NCBI GenBank assembly: GCA_045578255.1
Contig: JAZNJW010000003.1
Coordinates: forward strand, 8,282-72,281
From: Paludibacteraceae bacterium
GTDB taxonomy: Bacteria > Bacteroidota > Bacteroidia > Bacteroidales > Paludibacteraceae
Reading direction: 5' to 3'
Length of the DNA: 64,000 nt
Position numbers and translations under genes: made by a program. The notes below the pieces were generated by a model, which had not been told where the DNA came from, ran no database searches, and saw only the letters and a list, made by a program, of their open reading frames with translations. Numbering within the stretch: the stretch's first letter is position 1; each line of letters begins with the position of its first letter. Positions 10,543-21,600 of the stretch are shown piece after piece.

Positions 10543-11172
10543 ATGTATATTGCGATAGCTGGAAATATTGGAGCTGGTAAGACTACGCTGACAAAGATGT
10601 TGGCGAAGTACTACGGCTGGGAACCTCGCTTTGAGTCTGTGAGTTTTAATCCGTACTTGGAGGATTATTACACAGACATCAAACGGTGGTCGTTCTGCGT
10701 GGAGACCTACTTCCTGAAAGAGCGTTTCAAAGATATGCTTCGCATCAAAGAGGTGGAACATACCATTGTGCAAGACAGAAGTATCTTTGAAGGTGTATAT
10801 GTGTTTGTGACCAACAACTATTTGCGTGGCGACCTCTCGGAACGCGATTATCAAACATACATGGAGTTGTTTGACCACATGAAACGCCTAATGCGTATGC
10901 CCGATCTGATGATATACCTGCGTAAATCGGTGCCTTCGCTAATCGCACAAATACAAAAACGTGGGCGCGATTATGAGAAAACTATGCAACTGGACTACCT
11001 GCGCGACCTGAACGAACGGTACGAGGATTTTATTTACAAGCAATACGAGGGTAGGGTACTGGTGATTGAAAGCGATGATTTGGATTTTGAAAGTAATCCT
11101 GAAGATTTCCGCAAGGTTATCAATAAAATAGATGCGGAATTGTTTGGGCTTTTTAGTGCCGAAAACTTTTAG
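10543..11172 (+). CDS. Deoxynucleoside kinase (paralog 1)
   Basis: P-loop IAIAGNIGAGKTTL follows the ATG at 10543 directly. The ORF-track start at 10501 would run through the -7 box. dNK-type motifs QDRSIFEG and IYLR. Confidence 0.85.
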   Translation: MYIAIAGNIGAGKTTLTKMLAKYYGWEPRFESVSFNPYLEDYYTDIKRWSFCVETYFLKERFKDMLRIKEVEHTIVQDRSIFEGVYVFVTNNYLRGDLSERDYQTYMELFDHMKRLMRMPDLMIYLRKSVPSLIAQIQKRGRDYEKTMQLDYLRDLNERYEDFIYKQYEGRVLVIESDDLDFESNPEDFRKVINKIDAELFGLFSAENF

Positions 11173-11243
11173 TTTTGGAACAAAGCCGTTATATATCCTT
11201 TGGACGTTGTATGCCTTTGGCGTTGTTATGTTGTATGTGCCGT

Positions 11244-11259
11244 TGGCACGTTATTAGCA
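11244..11259 (+). promoter_or_regulatory. Sigma-54-like -24/-12 element (TGGCACG-N4-TAGCA), weak candidate
   Basis: GG and GC dinucleotides sit at canonical spacing. One mismatch to TGGCACG-N4-TTGCA. About 100 nt upstream of the second kinase ATG. Confidence 0.2.
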
Positions 11260-11358
11260 AGAATAACGCAAAGCAGAAAACAAAAACAACGCGGCGTAGC
11301 CGCACAAAACGCTTGCGGAGCAAGCCAACAACATTAACGAAGTTAATAAAAAGAGATT

Positions 11359-12009
11359 ATGCATATAGCAGTAGCAGGAAACATTGGTTGCGGTAAGACC
11401 ACTTTGACCAACATGCTCGCCAAACATTATGGCTGGCAACCACGCTTTGAGAGCGTGGAGTTTAATCCTTATTTGGAGGATTTTTATGCGGACATGGGCC
11501 GCTGGTCGTTTAACTTGCAGATATACTTCTTGAACAAACGATTCAAAGATGTGGTGGATATATCCAACTCCAACGAGTTTATTATCCAAGATCGCACCAT
11601 CTATGAAGATGCTCGTATCTTTGCACCAAACTTGCACCGTCAAGGATATATGTCGGATAGAGACTTTGACAACTATCGCGACCTGTTTGACCTGATGATG
11701 TCGCTGGTGAAGATGCCCGACCTGATGATTTATATCCGTAGTACTATTCCCAATTTGGTGGCACAGATACAAAAACGCGGTCGTGCGTATGAGTCAAGTA
11801 TGCGTATCGACTACTTGCAGGGATTGAACGAACTCTATGAGAATTGGATCGCGGACTACAAAGGCAAATTGCTCATCATTGATGGCGATACCATCAAGTT
11901 CGGCGACCGTCCAGAAGACTTCCGTTATATCACTGACCGCATAGATGCGGAACTCTTCGGTCTCTTCCCATTTGAGGGAACTTCGGAACACGGAAGGGAA
12001 GTGAAATAA
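11359..12009 (+). CDS. Deoxynucleoside kinase (paralog 2)
   Basis: P-loop IAVAGNIGCGKTTL and QDRTIYED. Same motif order as the upstream paralog. Confidence 0.85.
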   Translation: MHIAVAGNIGCGKTTLTNMLAKHYGWQPRFESVEFNPYLEDFYADMGRWSFNLQIYFLNKRFKDVVDISNSNEFIIQDRTIYEDARIFAPNLHRQGYMSDRDFDNYRDLFDLMMSLVKMPDLMIYIRSTIPNLVAQIQKRGRAYESSMRIDYLQGLNELYENWIADYKGKLLIIDGDTIKFGDRPEDFRYITDRIDAELFGLFPFEGTSEHGREVK

Positions 12010-12059
12010 CTCCTGCTCGCTCCGCTCGCGAAATCTAAACAAATCTGAATCTTAAATAA

Positions 12060-13007
12060 ATGATAAGGAAGTTTTTGGATTATATTGCTATAGAGAAAAG
12101 GTACTCGGCACGTACTGTAGGAGAGTACGGAGATGATCTGAAAGCGTGGTGCAAATTCTTGGATTGCAAAGTGGAAGACTTTGATCCAAAAGGGGTGGAT
12201 GCAGAGGATGTGAAGTTGTGGATGATTGATATGCTGGATAAGCAAAAACAATCGCCACGCAGCGTGAAGAGGCGGTTGTCGGCCGTGAAGAGTTTTTACA
12301 AGTTCTTGCTGCGGGTGGGGTTGGTGAAAGTTGATATTACACGTGCGATAGTAGCACCAAAGACAGACAAACCATTGCCTCTATACTTCCGAGAGAGCGA
12401 GATGCAAGGGGTGAAAATCAACCAAGAACGCGACTGGAGCGAGGATATGAGTGAAGAGGAGCAGTTTACGCACCTGCGCGATTACTTGATGGTGGAAATA
12501 CTATATCAGACGGGTATGCGCCGCGCAGAGTTGGTGGGGCTGAAAGAGGTGGACGTGGATACGCGACAACAACAAGTAAGAGTTTTCGGTAAGCGAGCCA
12601 AAGAACGAATTGTGCCGATAGGCGAGGGGCTATGCGAACTAATAGAGGAGTATCGGAAAAATAAATGCAGTTTTTTGGGCGAGAGGGCAGGGATTGGCAC
12701 GTTTCTTGTGCGAAAAAATAGAAAAGGCGAATGGGTGGAAATGGATGCGCATACCTTATATAATATTGTGCGTGCGCGTATGGGCGAAGTGAGCACGTTG
12801 AAAAAACATTCGCCACACGTATTGAGGCACACGTTTGCGACAAGCATGCTGAACAACGGAGCGGATATACGAACGATACAAAGCCTATTGGGGCATGCGA
12901 GTTTGGCAGCTACGCAAGTATATACACATGCTACATTTGAACAGATAAAGGAAGTGTATAAGGAAGCACATCCGCGTGGAGAGGGGAAAGTGAAAACTGA
13001 AAGGTGA
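12060..13007 (+). CDS. xerC: Tyrosine recombinase, XerC-like
   Basis: N-terminal SAM-like domain (FLDYIAIEKRYSARTV). C-terminal catalytic residues in HVLRHTFATSML...LLGHASLAATQVYTH. Conserved Bacteroidales position upstream of hpf-tRNA-tuf. Confidence 0.7.
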   Translation: MIRKFLDYIAIEKRYSARTVGEYGDDLKAWCKFLDCKVEDFDPKGVDAEDVKLWMIDMLDKQKQSPRSVKRRLSAVKSFYKFLLRVGLVKVDITRAIVAPKTDKPLPLYFRESEMQGVKINQERDWSEDMSEEEQFTHLRDYLMVEILYQTGMRRAELVGLKEVDVDTRQQQVRVFGKRAKERIVPIGEGLCELIEEYRKNKCSFLGERAGIGTFLVRKNRKGEWVEMDAHTLYNIVRARMGEVSTLKKHSPHVLRHTFATSMLNNGADIRTIQSLLGHASLAATQVYTHATFEQIKEVYKEAHPRGEGKVKTER

Positions 13008-13068
13008 AAACTACCAGGCGATGCTTGGTGATAATAATATTAACTTAAATAAAAAAAAGGAGGAAACC

Positions 13069-13356
13069 ATGAAACTGAACGTAAAAGCCGTGAATTTTGA
13101 GACTGCGGAGCGTCTTGAGAAGTACATCGAGAAAAAAACACGTCGTTATGAGAAATTGCTTTCTCCTTCCGCTGAGCTGGAGATACGTATGACGGTGGTG
13201 AAACCAGAAACGAATCTGAACAAAGAAACCGCTATCCGTATCATGGGTATGGGAATGGAGTTGTTTGCACAAAAAGTTTGCGACACTTTTGAGCAAGGCA
13301 TTGATGAGTGCTTGGAAGCATTGGACAAACAATTAGAGAAACATAAAGATAGATAA
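13069..13356 (+). CDS. hpf: Ribosome hibernation promoting factor (RaiA/HPF family)
   Basis: MKLNVKAVNFE..RLEKYIEKK matches the HPF N-terminus. AGGAGG lies upstream of the ATG at 13069. The ORF-track start at 13021 is probably too early. Confidence 0.8.
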   Translation: MKLNVKAVNFETAERLEKYIEKKTRRYEKLLSPSAELEIRMTVVKPETNLNKETAIRIMGMGMELFAQKVCDTFEQGIDECLEALDKQLEKHKDR

Positions 13357-13379
13357 ATGATACCCATTTGGGGCATGTG

Positions 13380-13403
13380 GCGGGGTTTTTGCCCCGCTTT
13401 TTT
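13380..13403 (+). terminator. Rho-independent terminator after hpf
   Basis: GCGGGG-loop-CCCCGC hairpin followed by TTTTTT. Confidence 0.7.
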
Positions 13404-13466
13404 ATGAAAAATGAAAGAAAATTGCATTTTTTTTGTAAAATATTTGGTGGGTTCAAAAAAAAGTAG

Positions 13467-13474
13467 TACCTTTG
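13467..13474 (+). promoter_or_regulatory. -7 box TACCTTTG (with -33 TTTG at 13443-13446) for the tRNA-tuf operon
   Basis: Exact TAnnTTTG match. The upstream module ATTTGGTGG..CAAAAAAAAGT.GTACCTTTGCA is nearly identical to the secG promoter. Confidence 0.7.
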
Positions 13475-13530
13475 CACCGCTTTTCCGCCGACGTGTTAGG
13501 AGGCGTGGCAAAATAGCCGAAAAGTGACCC

Positions 13531-13604
13531 GCCTCTTTAGCTCAGTTGGCCAGAGCACGTGATTTGTAATCTCGGGGTCGTTGGTTCGAATCCGACAAGA
13601 GGCT
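13531..13604 (+). tRNA. tRNA-Thr (anticodon UGU)
   Basis: Acceptor GCCTCTT/AAGAGGC, T-loop GGTTCGAATCC, anticodon loop TTTGTAA. CCA is encoded after the discriminator. Confidence 0.9.
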
Positions 13605-13632
13605 CCAAAAGTGGAACATTGAAATAGATATT

Positions 13633-13715
13633 GGGAGTATTCCAGAGCGGCCAAATGGGGCAGACTGTAAATCTGCTGGTTTTCACCTTCGGTGGTTCGA
13701 ATCCATCTGCTCCCA
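13633..13715 (+). tRNA. tRNA-Tyr (anticodon GUA), long variable arm
   Basis: Acceptor GGGAGTA/TGCTCCC, anticodon stem GCAGA/TCTGC with loop CTGTAAA, T-loop GGTTCGAATCC. Confidence 0.9.
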
Positions 13716-13749
13716 CAAAAGTAACCGTCGCGGAAGTCGTGGTTAATTC

Positions 13750-13822
13750 GCGGAAATAGCTCAGTCGATAGAGCACTAGCCTTCCAAGCTGGGGGTCGCG
13801 GGTTTGAGCCCCGTTTTCCGCT
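13750..13822 (+). tRNA. tRNA-Gly (anticodon UCC)
   Basis: Acceptor GCGGAAA/TTTCCGC and anticodon loop CTTCCAA. Confidence 0.9.
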
Positions 13823-13878
13823 CAATTTTTGTTTATACACTCGTATAATTCGAGTAGTGACGAACTTGAGTTCGTGTT

Positions 13879-13950
<72 letters not shown>

Positions 13951-14059
13951 CAAGGTTTTGCGACCATACAATGCTCTTTCGGGAGTATTGCGGTGTGTAA
14001 AACGGAGATTAATTAGGTAAAACTTATAGTATTAACGTTAATAACTAAATTCTAGAATT

Positions 14060-15247
14060 ATGGCAAAAGAAAAATTTGACCGTTCGAAACCACACGTGAA
14101 CATTGGTACAATTGGTCACGTTGATCACGGTAAAACTACTTTGACTGCAGCTATTACAACCGTATTGGCATCTCGTGGTCTTTCTGAGCTTCGTTCATTC
14201 GACTCTATCGACAATGCTCCAGAGGAGAAAGAGCGTGGTATTACTATTAACACTGCACACGTTGAGTATCAAACCGCTACTCGTCACTACGCTCACGTTG
14301 ACTGCCCTGGTCACGCTGACTACGTAAAGAACATGGTAACTGGTGCTGCTCAAATGGACGGTGCTATCATCGTTGTGGCTGCTACTGATGGTCCTATGCC
14401 TCAAACACGTGAGCACATCCTTTTGGCTCGTCAGGTGAACGTTCCTCGCTTGGTTGTGTTTATGAACAAGTGCGACCTTGTTGATGACGCTGAGATGCTT
14501 GATCTCGTTGAGATGGAGATGCGTGAGCTTCTTTCATTCTATGAGTTCGATGGTGACAATACTCCTATTATCCGCGGTTCTGCTCTTGGTGCTTTGAACT
14601 CTGTAAAAGAGTGGGAAGACAAAGTTATGGAGTTGATGGATGCTTGTGATACATGGATTGAGTTGCCTCCACGTGCTGTTGATAAACCATTCTTGATGCC
14701 TGTTGAGGACGTATTCTCAATCACAGGTCGTGGTACTGTAGCAACTGGTCGTATTGAGACAGGTATCATCAAAGTTGGTGAGGAAGTTCAATTGATCGGT
14801 CTTGGTGCTGAGGGTAGAAAGTCAGTTGTAACTGGTGTTGAGATGTTCCGTAAGTTGCTCGACCAAGGTGAGGCTGGTGATAACGTAGGTTTGTTGCTCC
14901 GTGGTATTGACAAAGATGAGGTTCGCCGTGGTATGGTAATTACCCACCCAGGTGTGGTTAAACCTCACGAGGAGTTCAAAGCTTCTGTTTATATCTTGAA
15001 GAAAGAGGAAGGTGGTCGTCACACTCCATTCCACAACCACTATCGCCCACAATTCTACATCCGTACAATGGACGTAACTGGTGAGATTACTTTGCCAGAG
15101 GGTACTGAGATGGTAATGCCAGGTGATAACTTGGAGATTAAGGTTAAGTTGATTTATCCAGTTGCTTGCTCTGAGGGTCTCCGCTTCGCTATCCGCGAGG
15201 GTGGTCGTACCGTAGGTTCTGGTCAAATCACCGGTTTGCTTGACTAA
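14060..15247 (+). CDS. tuf: Elongation factor Tu
   Basis: [36 protein letters not shown] and NKCD motifs. Full length, 395 aa. Confidence 0.99.
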   Translation: MAKEKFDRSKPHVNIGTIGHVDHGKTTLTAAITTVLASRGLSELRSFDSIDNAPEEKERGITINTAHVEYQTATRHYAHVDCPGHADYVKNMVTGAAQMDGAIIVVAATDGPMPQTREHILLARQVNVPRLVVFMNKCDLVDDAEMLDLVEMEMRELLSFYEFDGDNTPIIRGSALGALNSVKEWEDKVMELMDACDTWIELPPRAVDKPFLMPVEDVFSITGRGTVATGRIETGIIKVGEEVQLIGLGAEGRKSVVTGVEMFRKLLDQGEAGDNVGLLLRGIDKDEVRRGMVITHPGVVKPHEEFKASVYILKKEEGGRHTPFHNHYRPQFYIRTMDVTGEITLPEGTEMVMPGDNLEIKVKLIYPVACSEGLRFAIREGGRTVGSGQITGLLD

Positions 15248-15280
15248 TACAAAGTCTGATTAAGTTCAGCGATAAATTAA

Positions 15281-15308
15281 GATTGCCGAAGTCGCGGCTT
15301 CGGCAATC
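15281..15308 (+). terminator. Stem-loop after tuf (attenuator or processing hairpin before tRNA-Trp)
   Basis: Perfect 11-bp stem GATTGCCGAAG/CTTCGGCAATC with a 6-nt loop. No T-run follows. Confidence 0.5.
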
Positions 15309-15312
15309 ATCT

Positions 15313-15383
15313 ACGGAAGTCTTCTAATGGTAAGAAAGCGGTCTCCAAAACCGTCAATGTGGGTTCGATTCCTGCCTTCCGTG
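15313..15383 (+). tRNA. tRNA-Trp (anticodon CCA)
   Basis: Acceptor ACGGAAG/CTTCCGT, anticodon loop CTCCAAA, T-loop GGGTTCGATTCC. Confidence 0.88.
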
Positions 15384-15471
15384 CTGTTACAAAAAATAGC
15401 TTCCGTCTGACTTCGGCGAATGCTGAGGCCAGATGTTTGGCGCAAATTAGAATATATAAATAACTACAGAT

Positions 15472-15660
15472 ATGAAGTTTGTTCAAAGTCTTAAAGAATC
15501 CTACGAGGAGTTGGTTCACAAGGTGAATTGGCCTACTCGTAAAGAGTTGTCCAAAAGCGCTGTGCTGGTATTGATTGCTTCCATAATATTGGCACTTATT
15601 GTATGGCTGATGGATTTTTGTTTTGAGTCAATCATGACTTTTGTCTATGGCTTATTCTAA
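15472..15660 (+). CDS. secE: Preprotein translocase subunit SecE
   Basis: 62 aa with a single C-terminal TM helix. Has the ELxKVxWPTRKEL signature (HKVNWPTRKEL). Conserved position before nusG. Confidence 0.9.
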   Translation: MKFVQSLKESYEELVHKVNWPTRKELSKSAVLVLIASIILALIVWLMDFCFESIMTFVYGLF

Positions 15661-15678
15661 TTGATTAATTGTTTGAAT

Positions 15679-16230
15679 ATGGCTGAGAACAATTGCAAGT
15701 GGTATGTGCTGAAAGCAATCAGTGGTAAGGAGAACAAAGTGAAAGAGTATATCGAAGGCGCTTTGGTTACCTCCACATTGTTTAAGGAATATGTATCACA
15801 AGTCTTGATTCCGACTGAGAAGGTGGTTAGTGTTCGCAATGGCAAGCGTGTAATCAAAGAGCGCAATAAGCTTCCAGGTTATGTGCTCGTTGAGTGCAAT
15901 TTGACTGATGAATGCTATCCACTGTTGCGTAACATTCCTAATGTGTTGGGTTTCTTGAGTGATAGTAAGTCCTCTACGAAGCCAGCTCCAGTATCTCAAG
16001 CTGAAATTAACAAAATTGTCGGCACTATTGATGAGGCATCTATTGAGTCAATAGCTGACGAGGTATTCTTGGTGGGCGAGCGCGTTAAGGTGATTAATGG
16101 CGCATTTAATGGATTCGAGGGCGTTATCGATGAGGTGGCGCAAGACAAGCGTAAGTTGAAGGTGGTAGTTACGATTTTTGATCGTCAAACACCTCTTGAA
16201 TTGAGCTTCGATCAAGTAGAAAAGGAGTAG
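15679..16230 (+). CDS. nusG: Transcription termination/antitermination factor NusG
   Basis: KWYVLKAISGKENKV (NGN domain) and C-terminal KOW (GERVKVINGAFNGFEGVI). The ATG at 15679 is preferred over the TTG at 15661. Confidence 0.95.
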   Translation: MAENNCKWYVLKAISGKENKVKEYIEGALVTSTLFKEYVSQVLIPTEKVVSVRNGKRVIKERNKLPGYVLVECNLTDECYPLLRNIPNVLGFLSDSKSSTKPAPVSQAEINKIVGTIDEASIESIADEVFLVGERVKVINGAFNGFEGVIDEVAQDKRKLKVVVTIFDRQTPLELSFDQVEKE

Positions 16231-16310
16231 GAGGCATTTGTTACGGGCCGTTGTACTACTCGGTAGTTTATTATTAACAAAAACTATTAACAAAGTAAAA
16301 AAACAAAATT

Positions 16311-16733
16311 ATGGCTAAAGAAATTGCTGGATTTATCAAACTCCAGATTAAGGGTGGCGCAGCTAACCCATCTCCTCCAGTAGGACCTGCACTTGGTTCT
16401 AAAGGTGTGAACATTATGGAGTTTTGTAAACAATTCAATGCCAGAACGCAGGAAAAAGCAGGTAAAATTTTGCCTGTAGTGATTACTGTTTACACTGACA
16501 AATCGTTCGATTTTATCGTTAAGACTCCACCAGTAGCTGTTCAATTGAAAGAGGCTGCAAAAGTTAAGTCTGGTTCTAACCAACCTAACCGAAATAAAGT
16601 GGCATCTATCACTGAGGAGCAATGTGTGGCGATTGCAACTGATAAAATGGTTGACTTGAACTGTTTCACTGTAGAGAGCGCTATCAAAATGGTAAAAGGT
16701 ACCGCTCGTAGTATGGGTATTACCGTTAAATAA
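16311..16733 (+). CDS. rplK: 50S ribosomal protein L11
   Basis: [20 protein letters not shown] signature. Confidence 0.97.
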   Translation: MAKEIAGFIKLQIKGGAANPSPPVGPALGSKGVNIMEFCKQFNARTQEKAGKILPVVITVYTDKSFDFIVKTPPVAVQLKEAAKVKSGSNQPNRNKVASITEEQCVAIATDKMVDLNCFTVESAIKMVKGTARSMGITVK

Positions 16734-16752
16734 TTAAACTTCAATCATTATT

Positions 16753-17445
16753 ATGGCAAAATTGACAAAGAATCAAAAGCTTGCTGCTGAGAAGATTGAA
16801 GCAGGTAAGCTCTATACCGTAGCAGAGGCTGCTGCGTTGGTGAAAGAGATCACTACAACTAAGTTTGATGCAAGTGTAGATGTAGATGTACGTTTAGGTG
16901 TTGACCCACGTAAAGCAAACCAAATGGTTCGTGGCGTGGTAAGTCTTCCTCACGGTACAGGTAAACAAGTTCGCGTCCTCGCATTGTGTACTCCCGACCA
17001 AGAGGCTGCTGCTAAAGAGGCAGGTGCAGATTATGTAGGTCTGGATGAGTATATCGAGAAGATCAAAGGTGGTTGGACTGATATTGATGTGATCATCACT
17101 CAACCTCAAATCATGGGTAAGATTGGTGCTCTCGGTCGTGTATTGGGTCCTCGTGGTCTTATGCCAAACCCAAAATCAGGTACAGTGACAATGGATGTTG
17201 CTAAGGCTGTTAAGGAGGTTAAGCAAGGTAAGATTGACTTCAAGGTAGACAAATTTGGTATTGTTCACACTTCAATTGGTAAGGTGTCATTTGCTCCTGA
17301 GGCAATTGCTGAGAATGCTATTGAGTTTGTTCAAACACTCATCAAATTGAAACCCGCAGTAAGTAAGGGTACCTATATCAAGAGCATTTATCTTTCCAGT
17401 ACAATGAGTCAGGGTATTAAGATTGACCCAAAATCTATTGAGTAA
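16753..17445 (+). CDS. rplA: 50S ribosomal protein L1
   Basis: [31 protein letters not shown] signature. Confidence 0.97.
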   Translation: MAKLTKNQKLAAEKIEAGKLYTVAEAAALVKEITTTKFDASVDVDVRLGVDPRKANQMVRGVVSLPHGTGKQVRVLALCTPDQEAAAKEAGADYVGLDEYIEKIKGGWTDIDVIITQPQIMGKIGALGRVLGPRGLMPNPKSGTVTMDVAKAVKEVKQGKIDFKVDKFGIVHTSIGKVSFAPEAIAENAIEFVQTLIKLKPAVSKGTYIKSIYLSSTMSQGIKIDPKSIE

Positions 17446-17466
17446 TTAAATTAATCGAAGACAAGT

Positions 17467-18000
17467 ATGAAGAAGGAAGATAAAAACGCCATTATTGCTT
17501 CATTGCAAGAGCAATTGGGTCAATACTCACACTTCTATTTGACCAATATTGAAGGTTTGAATGCAGAGAAGACTAGTGAGTTGCGCCGTGCTTGCTTCAA
17601 GCAAGATGTGAAATTGCTTGTGGCTAAGAATACTTTGCTGCAAAAAGCATTAGAAGCAAAAGGCATTGATGCTCAGATATTTGAGGCTCTAAAAGGTAAT
17701 ACTGCTTTGATGTTGTCAAATACAGGTAATGCTCCTGCAAAGCTCATCAAGGAATTTACAAAGAAAGAGAAGAACAAAGAGGAAGCTAAGCCACAGTTGA
17801 AGGCGGCTTATGTAGAAGAAACTATCTACGTAGGTGCACAAAACTTGGATTTCTTGGCAACCATCAAGTCAAAGAACGAACTCATTGCGGATTTGGTTGC
17901 TTTGCTCCAATCACCTGCAAAGAATGTTGTTTCTGCACTCCAATCTGGAGGTACTACCATCCACGGTGTTTTGAAAACGCTGGGTGAACGCGCTGAATAA
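17467..18000 (+). CDS. rplJ: 50S ribosomal protein L10
   Basis: Position between rplA and rplL, plus an L10-like N-terminus. Confidence 0.93.
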   Translation: MKKEDKNAIIASLQEQLGQYSHFYLTNIEGLNAEKTSELRRACFKQDVKLLVAKNTLLQKALEAKGIDAQIFEALKGNTALMLSNTGNAPAKLIKEFTKKEKNKEEAKPQLKAAYVEETIYVGAQNLDFLATIKSKNELIADLVALLQSPAKNVVSALQSGGTTIHGVLKTLGERAE

Positions 18001-18056
18001 TCAGCAACAAATAAACAAATTAACATTAAAAATTAACACTTTAAAATTATACAACA

Positions 18057-18434
18057 ATGGCAGATTTGAAAGCTTTTGCTGAACAATTAGTAAACCTTAC
18101 AGTTAAGGAAGTAAACGAACTCGCTCAAATTTTGAAAGAGGAGTATGGTATTGAACCTGCAGCTGCAGCTGTTGCAGTTGCTGCTGGCCCAGCTGCTGAT
18201 GCAGCTCCTGCAGCAGAGGAGAAAACTAGCTTTGACGTAGTATTGAAGTCAGCTGGTGCACAAAAGTTGCAAGTAGTTAAGGCAGTTAAAGAGCAAACAG
18301 GTCTTGGCTTGAAAGAAGCTAAGGACATCGTAGATGCTGCTCCTGCAACTGTTAAAGAAGGTGTAGACAAAGCTACCGCTGAGGCTCTCAAGAAAGCTCT
18401 TGAGGAGGTAGGTGCTGAGGTAGAATTGAAGTAA
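18057..18434 (+). CDS. rplL: 50S ribosomal protein L7/L12
   Basis: Ala-rich hinge and C-terminal [24 protein letters not shown]. Confidence 0.97.
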   Translation: MADLKAFAEQLVNLTVKEVNELAQILKEEYGIEPAAAAVAVAAGPAADAAPAAEEKTSFDVVLKSAGAQKLQVVKAVKEQTGLGLKEAKDIVDAAPATVKEGVDKATAEALKKALEEVGAEVELK

Positions 18435-18456
18435 TACCTTTTTATCGAATAATGAT

Positions 18457-18491
18457 AGGTTTAGACCCTTTTTGGGGGTCTAAACCTTTTT
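18457..18491 (+). terminator. Rho-independent terminator/attenuator after rplL
   Basis: 12-bp stem AGGTTTAGACCC/GGGTCTAAACCT followed by a T-run. Confidence 0.8.
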
Positions 18492-18650
18492 CTCTGAATA
18501 GTGGAGAATGTTGAAAAAATGTTAAAAACTGGTAATTATAGTGCGATTCTTGTGAAAAAAGTATAAAACAGTAGAATCATTTATTTAGTTCTAAATAGTT
18601 TATTATCAGGCATTTTTAGATATTTGAAACCTATAAAAATACAAAAATAA

Positions 18651-21600
18651 ATGGCAAAACAAAACAAAACCCAGCGGATCAATTTTTCGGCAATGCAAAA
18701 GCAGATGCCATATCCTGATTTTCTGGAAATTCAATTGAAATCCTTCCACGATTTCTTCCAGATTGATTCCACTCCGGAGGAGCGTCATAAAGAAGGTTTG
18801 TTTAAAGTGTTCTCGGAGAGTTTCCCTATTGCGGATACCCGAAACAACTTTGTGCTTGAGTTCTTGGATTATCACATTGATCATCCTCGTTATTCGATTG
18901 AAGAGTGTCTTCTTCGTGGACTCACCTATAGTGTGCCATTGAAGGCGAAGTTGTTCTTGACATGTACTGATCCTGATCACGAAGATTTTGCGCCAGTGAT
19001 GCAAGACGTGTTCTTGGGTACCATCCCATACATGACTCCTAAGGGCACTTTTGTTATCAATGGTGCAGAGCGAGTAATTGTTAGTCAGTTGCACCGTTCT
19101 CCAGGTGTATTCTTCGGTACTTCTATGCACTCGAATGGTACAAAGTTGTATTCTGCTCGTATCATTCCTTTCCGCGGTTCGTGGATTGAGTTTGCAACGG
19201 ATATCAACCGTGTGATGTACGCTTACATTGATCGTAAGAAGAAATTGCCTGTAACCACTTTGCTCCGTGCTATTGGTTTTGAGAGTGATAAAGAGATTTT
19301 GAATTGCTTTGGTTTGGCTGAGGAAATCAAGTGTACCAAAGAAAATTTGGATGCTGCTGTTGGTCGCACATTGGCAGGTAACGTTTTGAAGGCTTGGGCT
19401 GAAGATTTCGTAGATGAGGAAACAGGCGAAGTAGTAACTATCGAACGAAACGAAGTGATTATTGAGCGCGAAACTGTTTTGACAGAAGAGCTTTGTGAAA
19501 CGATCTATGAGTCAGATGTTAAGACTATTCTCTTGCACAAGGATGAAGCTTATGAGTCAGAGTATTCTATCATCTTCAATACTTTGCAGAAAGATCCTTC
19601 TCATTCTGAGAAGGAGGCGGTGTTGTATATCTATCGTCAGTTGCGCAACTCAGAGCCTGCTGATGATGCTACAGCTCGTGAAGTTATCCAAAACCTCTTC
19701 TTCTCTGACAAGCGTTATGATTTAGGTGAGGTGGGGCGCTATCGTATCAACCGTAAGTTGGAGATGGATACCCCAATGGAAACTCGTACATTGACCAAAG
19801 AAGATATCATTGAGATTATCAAATACTTGGTTCAACTCATCAACTCTAATGCTGAGGTGGATGATATTGATCACTTGTCTAACCGTCGTGTTCGCACGGT
19901 GGGTGAGCAGTTGTACAACCAGTTCGGTATTGGTTTGGCTCGTATGGCTCGTACTATACGTGAGCGCATGAACGTACGTGACACAGAGGTGTTTACCCCT
20001 ACTGACTTGATTAATGCAAAGGCAATCTCCAGTGTGATCAACTCATACTTTGGTACGAATGCTTTGTCACAGTTTATGGACCAACAGAACCCATTGGCAG
20101 AGATTACCCACAAACGTCGTATGTCGGCTCTCGGTCCTGGTGGACTTAGTCGTGACCGTGCTGGTTTTGAGGTGCGTGACGTGCACTATACCCACTATGG
20201 CCGTTTGTGTCCTATTGAGACACCTGAAGGTCCAAACATCGGTTTGATCTCATCGTTGTGTATCTATGCTAAAATCAATAACTTAGGATTTATTGAAACA
20301 CCATATCGTAAGGCTGATAATGGTGTCGTAGATTTGGATAACGACCACGTAGTATATATGACTGCGGAGGATGAAGAGAAGTCCACTGTAGCTCAAGGTA
20401 ATGCTCCATTGGACAAAGACGGCAAGTTCATTCGTAACAAAGTTAAGGCACGCTACGAAGCGGACTTCCCAGTGGTGGCTCCTGATCAAATCGATTTAAT
20501 GGACGTTTCTCCGTCGCAGATTGCTTCTATTGCTGCTGCATTGATTCCATTCTTGGAGCACGATGATGCTAACCGTGCGTTAATGGGATCGAACATGATG
20601 CGCCAAGCTGTGCCTTTGTTACGTAACGAAGCGCCTATCGTAGGTACAGGTATTGAGGGGCAATTGATTCAGGACTCTCGCACACAAATTGTTGCTGAGG
20701 GTGAGGGTGTAGTAACCTATGTAGATGCAGATCAGATTCGCATTAAATACGACAGAACCAAAGAGGAGGACTTCATATCTTTTGAGTCTTCAGAGAAAGA
20801 ATACAAATTGCCTAAATTCCAACGTACCAATCAGAATACCACTATTGACCTTCGTCCTATCGTGCGCAAGGGTGATAAGGTAACAAAAGGTCAGATTCTT
20901 TCCGAAGGTTATGCTACGGAGAACGGAGAGTTGGCATTGGGTAAGAACTTAAAGGTAGCATACATTCCTTGGAAGGGTTACAACTATGAGGATGCAATTG
21001 TTCTGAGTGAACGTATTGTTCGCGAGGACATGTTTACATCTGTGCACGTAGTTGAGCAGCTTTTAGAGGTTCGTGAGACCAAGCGTGGTGTCGAGGAGTT
21101 CACTTCGGATATCCCTAATGTTAGTGAAGAATCTACCAAGGATTTGGACGAGAACGGTATTATTCGTGTGGGTGCTTATGTATCTCCGGGTGATATTCTC
21201 ATCGGTAAGATTACTCCTAAGGGTGAGTCGGATCCATCTCCCGAGGAGAAGCTTCTGAAGGCGATATTTGGTGACAAGGCGGGTGATGTGAAGGATGCGT
21301 CTCTCAAGGCGAGTCCATCTTTGAGCGGTGTAGTGATTGCTAAGAATCTTTACAAGAAGGCTCAGAAAGACCGTCGTCAGAAGTTGGAAGACAAGGAATT
21401 GATGTCCCAGTTGGATGCCTCTTATTCATTGAAGTCGTCTGAATTGCATTCTTTGTTGGTCAACAAGCTAGTATCTTTGTTGCATGATCAAGTATCATTG
21501 GGTGTAACTGACCATGTGCATAGTGATATTATTCCTCGTGGTGTTCCCTTCAGTGCTTCGGTTCTAGATGGTATTGACTACACATCAGTGATGCTATCTA

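Noticed and set aside
11175-11396. 73-aa Arg/Lys/Thr-rich ORF in the kinase spacer
   Set aside because: It overlaps the start of the second kinase, is built from the stuttering repeat words, and has no promoter or plausible fold.
12060-13007. Tyrosine recombinases (here and at 30283-31164) as markers of an integrative mobile element
   Set aside because: Both have XerC/XerD-type sequence and sit in conserved housekeeping contexts (xerC-hpf-tRNA-tuf, and rbfA-lolE-like-xerD). There are no flanking att-like repeats or cargo genes.
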